Part shown: piece by piece, positions 55,895 through 64,000 of the stretch
Position numbering within the stretch: the first letter of the stretch is position 1
How the letters are laid out: every line of letters begins with the position of its first letter
Assembly: GCF_000281045.1 (NCBI RefSeq)
Contig: NW_008246076.1
Location: 670,727-734,726 of the forward strand
DNA: 64,000 bases
DNA from: Saprolegnia diclina VS20
Taxonomy: Eukaryota
Direction of reading: 5' to 3'
Translations under genes and position numbers: made by a program
The notes under the pieces: generated by a model
The model's input: only the letters and a program-made list of their open reading frames with translations
Told to the model about the DNA's origin: nothing
The model's database searches: none

Positions 55895-58755
55895 ATGAGC
55901 CGTGGCAAGCGGCGCAACAAGCCCAAGCGCCTTGGAGGACCCGACCGCGGCGACGAGGCCAACATCAAAGACACCGACAACGACGAGGACGCGGCTGCCG
56001 ACGGCAGTCCACCAAGTGGGGCCGCCAATGGCGCCAGTAGTACAGACACGGCGCTCTCCTCCGAGGCCCAACAACCCACCGGCACGGCCGACGCAGAAAC
56101 GTCGTCCAGTCCCGCAGAGCCACCAATGGCTACATCACCGGCCACAGATCCCTCCCCACCGGCCAGAATCGATGATGCAACGACGTCAGCGATCGACGTG
56201 CACCCGCCGTCTACTAGTATATCAGAAACCACCACATCAAAGTCCACATCAGTGGCCAGATCAGAAGCTAGATCAGAGACCACATCACAAGCCAGATCAG
56301 AGAACGCCACACCCATGTCCGAGACACCAGTGTCGGCTATCCCAGTAACGCCAGTGGTCCAGGCGTCTGCAGTCTCTGGGGCCACCACTGTGGACAGTGC
56401 GACAGCTGTAGCCGCCGAGAAAAGGACTCTTTCCAATACTGACGTGGCTGACCGCTCGCGTCGACTCCTAACGCGGCCCGAAGCCGAGCGCATCGTCCAG
56501 CACCTCGTCTTTGGTCTGCTGAAGGCGTCCGTGCCGCTCGTATCTTTGCTCAAACCACGACCGACGCTTCAAGAGCTTGCGTTTCAACTACAGGCCGAGT
56601 GTCAGATCGGCCTGACATCAACAGACCTCCAAGCACTGCACGTCTACTTCCACGTCGCCGACACAAACGTACGTCTATACACATTGTCGATCTCACGCAA
56701 GACAATATTGTTGTTGTCGTAGATGTTTGACGCGGCGTCGTGCTTGGCCTTTGCTGCCACCAAGGTGTTTGTGGTCGAGCTCTATGAGTTTCAACTGCGC
56801 AAGGCTATTTTGGAGAAAGCGACCAAGCTCCGAGGCAAAGCCGACGTGCCTCGCACGCTTTTGCAGCTGCTTCCAGATACCACGACCTCGTTTGAGCCCG
56901 CCGATTTGAATACACTCGCCGTGGAGAAGCTCGGCCTTCCCAGCAGCCCGCACTGGGTTCTCCACTGCGTTATCGGTCGCATTGCCCGTGCTGGGTTCGA
57001 AAAAGCTGCTCCCAAGACGCCACCGGCGTACCCGTTGGCCGCCTTTCGACGGCACCTGGGGCAGTTTGTTGCACGCGCGGCGTTCGATCCCGACTCGGTT
57101 GAAGGGGCGCTGCGGTCGCTCGTACAAGCTGACGCAGTGCAAGGGTTCCTAGCCATTGACACGGACGGCTCGGGCACGCTCTCTCTCGACGAGTGCACGA
57201 CGTACCTCCAGGCGCAGCACTTTGCGGGTTTTCCACGAGGCGTTTTGCGGGATTTCATGGCGCGTTTCGATCGGGACGGCGACGGCACGTTGAACTTGGA
57301 CGAGTTTTTGGCCGTGTGTCGACCGAAAGAACAGTTTGGTCTTCAGGTTATCTCCTGCTTGCGGGACACTATACCCTAACCCTACAAATCGGTGTAGGTC
57401 GTGACGCCGTTTGGCTCGTTTTACATGGCGATGCCGATGATGACGTTGGTCAAGGACCTTGTTCCTAAGCTCCACAAGCGCATGTTTTGGCTCCAGCACA
57501 ACCACATGCTGGGCAACGCCGACCCGAGCACAGCAGGCAAAATGGTATTCTTTTTAAACCCTACCCCTGGGGTGGATCCAAATCTTTGTGTAGCTCGTGT
57601 CGGTGGACCGATTTGTGATTCAACGACACTTTGGGGCTCTCCCGCTTGTCTACGGCGCGAACGATACGGTGCAGTCCATCTTGATGCCGGGCGAGCTCCT
57701 CGTCGTGATGGAAACCACACCGACAGGTTTAATTCATTTGATTTTTCTGATGTTTTCGGATTGCATTCTGATATTTCCCGATAGGTCCGTCGTTGGTGTC
57801 GAAAGAAAAGTACATAGGAAAACGAGTCGCGCCTTTGCAGCGGCCGTTGGCAGCAGTCCCCGCCCCCAATGCCCCCGTAGAAGTAGAAACAACACCCGCT
57901 GCCATGGACTTGGGGGCACTGCGACGGCCGCGCCCGCCGAAACCAACGCTGTCGCTGTCGCTGCCACCGGACGTGAGCGCGTGGACGCCGCTCGACGTCA
58001 AAAAGTGGGTCATCTATGACCTCAAGCTGCCGACGCTGGCGGCAAAAGTGAGCCAAGTCGACGGCAATTCGCTCTTGGGCCTCGCGCGCACCCCGTCCGC
58101 GCTTGAGAAGACGCTCACTCATACCTTTCACATTCACTTACCGCTCCAGCGACTCCAGCTCCAGCAGGCCATCCTCCGCCTCTTGCCACCTTCTGCCACG
58201 ACGACGACGCGCCAGAAACAAGCGAAGGCAAGGACGAGCTGTCGGACGAAGACCAACAGCACACCACAGCGCGAACACGAGAACCATCACGACACAGGTG
58301 CAGAGGTATTCCTTGCCGACAACGCGCCCATGGATCCTGCAGGACCAAACAACTCGGACGACCGCGGCGCAGCCAACCCGGACAACCGCAGTGTCGACGA
58401 GGAGGACGAACGCAGTGTAGTCGAGGAGGACCGGGATCTCGTCAACCCTAGCCCTTCGCCGCCCCGCGCTACATTGCGAACGGTGGGCTCAACAATAAGC
58501 ACGAACGAGGAGAATGCAGAGGACGACGAGGATGAATGTCCCGACGCTCTCTTGGTACGATCTTCTTCCACGGCGGCCAAGACCGCGGGTTCAAGTCCCG
58601 ATTTGGATGGATCCATGGACGAGCCGGCGCCGCGTTTTGACGGCAGCTATAGTGACGACGGCGGTAGCGACAACGACGCCTTGCCAAGCTTTGCGGCGCC
58701 GCATTCTTCGAGAAGCTCCGACTCGGACGACGAACTGCCTGTGTTTGCCCTGTAA
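55895..58755 (+). CDS. EF-hand + SAM domain protein (multi-exon)
   Basis: DTDGSGTLSLDE and DRDGDGTLNLDE EF-hands. WTPLDVKKWV..LKL...VDGNSLLGL is SAM-like. Confidence 0.7.
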
Positions 58756-58897
58756 CCCAGTTTTGAACCCGGTGGCACATGCGACATGAATTTTGTTTGT
58801 TATTGTACTAGATCACGACAATCTAGTTCGTAGAGAGGTAGTAAATAGGAGAGACACACATCGTGGACGACGACAACGAAAATCAAATGGGACTCGA

Positions 58898-60295
58898 CTA
58901 GATGAGCATCATTTTTTTCTTTGGGGAGCTCTTGGAGCGTCGTCGGGGTCGCTTCTTGCTCTCGAGGTGGAATTTATGGTTCTTGACGGCCGTCGGCGTC
59001 GCCGCCTTGATCGACACGACCTTCGGCGGCTTGCCAGTGGACTTGCCATACGAGCTCGCGCTGCCGCTGGACGACACGGGCGACGTCGCTGCCGTTGGTG
59101 GCAGCCACATGTCGGGGCAGTCGCGCGGCTTGTGCGCCCGCGCGTTGCAAATAAAGCACGTGAGCTCCTCGAGCGGTGCGCAAATGACGTCGAGGTGGCC
59201 GTCCGGCACCAGCGCCATCGTCGCCGCGCGGCGCAGCTCGTCGTTGAGGCGGGCCTGGCCCTTGGGATGAAAGATGACGCGGCCCACGTCATGGCCGAGG
59301 TCAAACGGGTCTTCGATCGAGAAGCGCCACGTGCCAAGGCCGAGGCCCCACTTGCCCATCTTGGGCAGCCCCGCGCCAGTTCGAATGCTCACAACCGTCG
59401 ACTTGTAGTCAAAATCCCACGCGTAAAAGTGGAAAAACCCGGCGAGGAGTGCGCCGACCGAGTCGTGGCCGCAGCGCGACGGCATGGCCTCGGGCGTCGG
59501 GCAGGCAGCCACGAGGCTGCTCGAGGCCTCGGTTGGCAGACACGGCAGGATCGGTGTCGACCGCGTCTGGAGGTAGAAGATGACCAGCATGATCCACGCT
59601 AGGCAAAGCATCAGGTTGCGCCGTTGAAAGGTGGAAACTGCTACCGTAGGAGCTCAACGAGCCGTTCGAGGCGTCGTTGATTCCGCGCTGCTTGGCCCAG
59701 TGCTTGACGGCAAACACGAGAGGGCGCACACGCGCGTCGACTTGGCCGTACTGGCGCAAAAGCCGCGTGTTCTCCAAGGCTAGCGGGTTGCCGACCGTAA
59801 CGTCAATGGCAATCTGACGCAGAGACCAGGTTCAAAGTGATCGAGAAAGTGCAATGTACCTTGCGGCGCGTGTCCCAAAACTTGAGCAGCGGCACGCGGG
59901 CGCTGTAGATGAACTGCTCGAGCTGCAGGTCGCCCGGGTGCGCGAGGAGGCCCGCGACGCTGGCGAGGATCTGGACGCGGTCATTCCAGTTGATGGCCGC
60001 GAGCTTGGCGGGGTCGTCAAAGAAGAGACCAATGTCGAGGTCGCTGCTGCCGCCGCCAAAGCCACTAGCACGCGCAACGACCATCATTAACACCGCACCG
60101 ACGACGAGATTGCACTTACTTTTGCGACGAGCCAAAGGCGCGAAGACGCAAGTGCGGCCATTTCGCCTGCACGAGGCGCTGCATCGCGTCGACGGCCTCG
60201 GCCTTGAGCGCGACTTCGGCCGTCGTCGGCTCGAGGGCCTCGAGGAGGCCGATGGTCTGGATCGTGAGGCGGCGTACGCTGTTGATGGCGCCCAT
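58898..60295 (-). CDS. Cid1/TUT4-like terminal uridylyltransferase with CCHC knuckle (multi-exon)
   Basis: FGSS..GF...SSDLDI, ARVPLLKF, ENTRLL..Y..VD.RV..L...VKHWAK.RGINDA..GSLSSY, IEDPFDLGHDVGR and CFICNARAHKPRDC. Confidence 0.9.
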
Positions 60296-62256
60296 GGATG
60301 CGGTCAAATGGATAGAAAAGGGTGGTCACTACTGGCGGCTGCGTAGCTGGGTCATGAAGGGCGTCGGCTTCCTCTTAGCACGTCATTATCTCGTAGGATA
60401 ACGACGATGAGGACCTTGGAGCAGCAAACAGAAATGGAAAATGGCATTTTTCACACACCGAATCTTGACCCAGATTCGCCGCAAGGCCATTGGCCAAAAT
60501 TCACGCGAAAACAACACGCGAATCTTGTGTTTAAAACAGTCGCGCCGACGCCCATGGTGGCACGTGCGATGGGCTCCTTGGTTCCTTGTCGTGCGTGCAC
60601 GAGGCGAGTCCACGGCGACGTCGCAACACGCATCCGGTGCGCAGCGAGCGGTGGCGAATGCGCGAAAACGGCCAGCGTGGATTTTCGAAGGTTTGCAGTG
60701 ACAGACCAGATCAGCGAAGACCAGTTGCCGACCGTCGTCGAAGGCTCCTGGGCTTAGATTCCATGGAAGGGTCGCTACATCCGCTACGCTGGGCCTGAAG
60801 CAAGGCGCTGTTTCGAGATGCACCTGCCACCTGCATGGCAGTGTCCATAGGTTCTCTAGCTCTATCACAGAGAGCAGCTGTAAATGGTTGGGATCCCTAC
60901 ATCTGCAGACATACTTTCCATAGTCCTATTGAAGGCTGATTTCGTCAAAGCCTGCTGGCAAGGCCTCGAGGCCGAGCGTCCAGTATGCTGCGACTCGAAG
61001 GGCGCCTTGTCAAGCTGGTCGTTTTATACAGACGTTTTAAACAATGTTTGCAACACATGTGCCCTGTGTCGCGCTTTTGTATCCGGTAAGTTGGATACAA
61101 ATCGCAAGCTTGCATCGGAGTATCCGGATACACACGCGTGCAAAAAACACGTTTTTCACGTGGGTTTTTCGGGTTAAATGGGACTGCGAACGGGGACGAA
61201 GCTTTTTTGTGCTCCAGATGGCGACACGCGTGGGTCGACAGCGCCAGTTCTGCGAGGGGACAGCATCTTCTCGCTGCGTCGTGGCTGCAAGTTGGCATTT
61301 CTCGTTTGTCGAAACGCTGCGATTTCTTTGAGTCGCGACAGAATGCCGAGCTGCGACGAATATACAATATACTGGTGTACGTGCTACTAGCACGCTCGGG
61401 TGTAGAGGCGCGGGCCACGATGCATGCATGTCTTGGTCCTCAGCGTGTCGTAGAACTGCAGACCGCAATTCACGTCCGCTGCTTTCTCACTCCAAGTGGC
61501 AAGCGCCAGGCCGTGGCGCCACGTCAAGCGACTAAAACGCGTTTTATTCCGGCTGTCGACGCCAAATGGCCACGTCACGGCCACCTGAGTTGGCGCGACG
61601 GACGGCACCTTGCCGCGCATGCTTTACACATCCTGTCGTCGCAGGTTTGGTCAATCGGTACTTTAAATTACAAGCAACTTGACTTACAGAAGCAGGTGAA
61701 AAGACCAAATTTGGTCTTTCGCCTACTTCTATGAGGCAAGTATTTAATGCAACCTTCCATTTTTGCCTGCGCGAAAGGCTTCCCGTCTGCAGGTCCACGT
61801 CTGCAACGTCGAGTGCAGTTGACGGTACTGGATCATCTCGAGACAAGCCAAAGCTGCGAGCAGCAAATGCCGATACATTGGTCGGTCGCCAAACCCGTCC
61901 TTGTCTCTGGTGCTTGCCTTGGGAGCTTTCACGAGCAGACACATTTTCCATGAAACGCGTTTGGTGCCAATGCTCTCTACTGCCTCTGCTACTGCCTCAT
62001 GACTGGGCAGCGCCGTCTCGGCAATGACCTCCTCTCTTGGCGGCGGTGGGTCCTGCAGGGACGCCGTCGTCAAGTTGGACTTGCAGCGAAGCAAATAAAA
62101 ATATAGAATGTAGCCATTCTGAATTGATCAACATATGTTCAAAACCGCAGTACTATTAATAGCAGTGGACAAGATTGTCTATTGCTTGATAGTACTACAC
62201 ACATCTAGTTACTAGAATATACACTAACAAGTAAGGTGCGGCGTGGACATGCTGAA

Positions 62257-64000
62257 TCACCACGAGACAGCCGTCTTCTCGATGGTCTCGATGAGCTGGG
62301 ACGGCAGCAGCTCGCGGCTAAAGAACGCGACGGTGCCAAACTCGGCGCTAAATTGATCGCTGTAGAGCTGTGCGAGCCAGTACCAGTACGGCTGCTCCTT
62401 GTTGGCCGTCGATAGCTGGTCGCTGACAGCGCTTCCTGTCGACGTTGACCACCACGCGCCGCTGTCCGGTGACGTCTCCGTCACCTGGGAGAGGCAGGCC
62501 GCGTACTCGTTTTTGAGACACATCATAACTTCCGCACTCGCCCGTTCCAGCACCTCGGACAGCGACCGGACGCGGTACTTGGCGTCAAACTTGGTCTCGT
62601 GACCCGGCAAGGTCGTGAATTGATGTAGGTCCAACAGATCCACCGTCGCAAAGGCAGCTTCGAGACCGTCGAGCTCGACAGTCTCCTCAAAGATGTCGTA
62701 GCGCTCGCGCAGCTGCATAGCTTGCGTGGAGAAGGCAGCGCGCCACAGCCACTGACTGCGCTCCTTGGGCCACGGCTCGTGCGCGCGCGTGTGATATGAC
62801 GCAAGGTGGTCGAGCAGCGCGCGGCGCAGCGACCAGACGACCAGGAACGGGTTGTGGAGACCGAGGCCGCCGAGTTTGAGCGGCCATTGGGCCCACGCTG
62901 CTGGCAGCGTCTCGCCCAAGAGCGCCGCATGCCGCTGCGCAATGCGAGCTCGGAGAGCTGCGAGCACATCGCCGTTGGGAAAGATCTTGTGGTGGACGCG
63001 GCGCAGCGTCTCGGCGACCGCGTCGGCGTGCGTCAACCCAAAGATGGGCGAGACCGAGCCAAAGTTGCGGACAAAGAAGACCATGTACTTGTTGTAGACG
63101 TTGATCCAGCGAAAGACGGACGGCGCAACAGCGAGGCGGTCCCGGAGCTCGAGTGCGAACGCGTCGACCTTGTCGTCGAGGATGCGGACGTTCGCGTCCG
63201 ACTGCAGTTCGAGCAGCCCCCAGCGAATTGGTGTCGACGGCATCGGCGCCGGTGCGGCGTGAACACCGGTGAGCGCGCTCGAGAGCACGACCGACCCGCT
63301 CTTTTCGACGTTAAACGAAAGGCCGGCGACGGCAGCCCAAGACTCCATCGAGCGCCACGCCATGGCGGCCTTGTCACCGTCTGCATCGAAGAAGATGATG
63401 TCGTCGTGGCGCCGGAAGAGGTGGATACCGGTCGTCGACCGGACGCTAAAGTCCATGACGAAGAGAAGCATCTCGGAGAGGAACATGGTCATCGCACGCC
63501 CGACCGAGAGACCGCGCTGCATAATACGAGGCGACGTCGCACCGGGAAAGCGAAGCGGCAGTTGCATGTACCGGGTAAAGATACCGCGTTGTCTCGTCGA
63601 CGCCAAAGAAGCGGAGGCAGCCGAGCACCGTCGCGTGTGAGACCGATGGGCCAAAGAACGCGAGGTCGGTCGTGACGGCCGTCAGCGACTTGGGTTTGCC
63701 CTCGGGACTGAACGCCGTCTGGTACTGCGCCTCGGCGCTCAGCATGCGCAGGAGGTCGAGCTTGGACGCGCCGGCAAAACCCGACTTGCGTTGACCCGAC
63801 ACTTCGTCGTAGCCGCCATTGGTCGCGTCGAGCGCGGCGAGCGTAAAGACATCACGCAGCTCCTTGCGCGTGGCATCGACGGATCCGCGGGCCGGTCGTG
63901 CAGTCGGCTCGAGCGCTTGCAACAGCGTCGCCATCTCCCCACGAATCGTAGTGCCCCAGACCATACCCACGTGCTGGAAGAGCAGAAGCGAGACAGCGTC
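62257..64000 (-). CDS. rvt: rvt-type cellular reverse transcriptase-related gene; 5' part outside window; frameshift near 63586
   Basis: DLAFFGPSVSHATVLGCLRFFGV; QRGLSVG...FLSEMLLFVMDFSV...LFRRHDDIIFF; GLSFNVEKSGS; IRWGLL; WPLKLGGLGLHNPF; PYWYW..LY. These resemble the fungal/bacterial rvt motif series as recalled. Confidence 0.85.

Noticed and set aside
60386..62094. Short ORFs between the TUTase and rvt as accessory genes
   Set aside because: No motifs, weak codon bias and mutual overlap; unsupported without expression data.
63575..63600. Intron as explanation for the rvt frame change
   Set aside because: Homologous motifs abut within a few nucleotides, leaving no room for a GT-AG intron.
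62806..63675. Long antisense ORFs (also 43374-44585, 52756-53904, 28085-28687, 18220-18876)
   Set aside because: They are shadows of GC-biased genes on the opposite strand and carry no recognisable motifs.
62257..64000. LINE/LTR retrotransposon or telomerase call
   Set aside because: The HDD motif and C-terminal extension fit rvt. No RNase H, integrase, LTR or poly(A) tail was seen.

Overview
Gene-dense, intron-rich, GC-rich eukaryotic DNA with short GT-AG introns and four N-gaps. Gene content points to an oomycete, probably Saprolegniales (inference). Recognisable genes: NIPA-type Mg transporter, trypsin-like protease, 2OG-Fe(II) oxygenase, IQ/zinc-finger protein, RA-PH-RGS protein, DUF4291, TBCC/clathrin-light-chain fusion, LRR protein, eIF3L, HINT3-like hydrolase, Sfi1-like/jacalin protein, four START-like paralogues, two FYVE-RING paralogues, ankyrin, ricin-B lectin, EF-hand/SAM protein and a Cid1/TUT4-like uridylyltransferase. 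Four observations stand out. (1) At 3.5-8.4 kb, a head-to-head pair of small unknown membrane proteins is tandemly amplified four times, with conserved ATG spacing and a shared promoter motif. (2) At the right edge lies a cellular reverse-transcriptase-related (rvt) gene with an HDD motif and one frameshift, upstream of the TUTase. (3) The palindrome ATCCGGAT recurs only in non-coding DNA. (4) A ~130-bp dispersed repeat occurs in three copies. No CRISPR, rRNA or tRNA was recognised. Exon boundaries were read by eye and are approximate.
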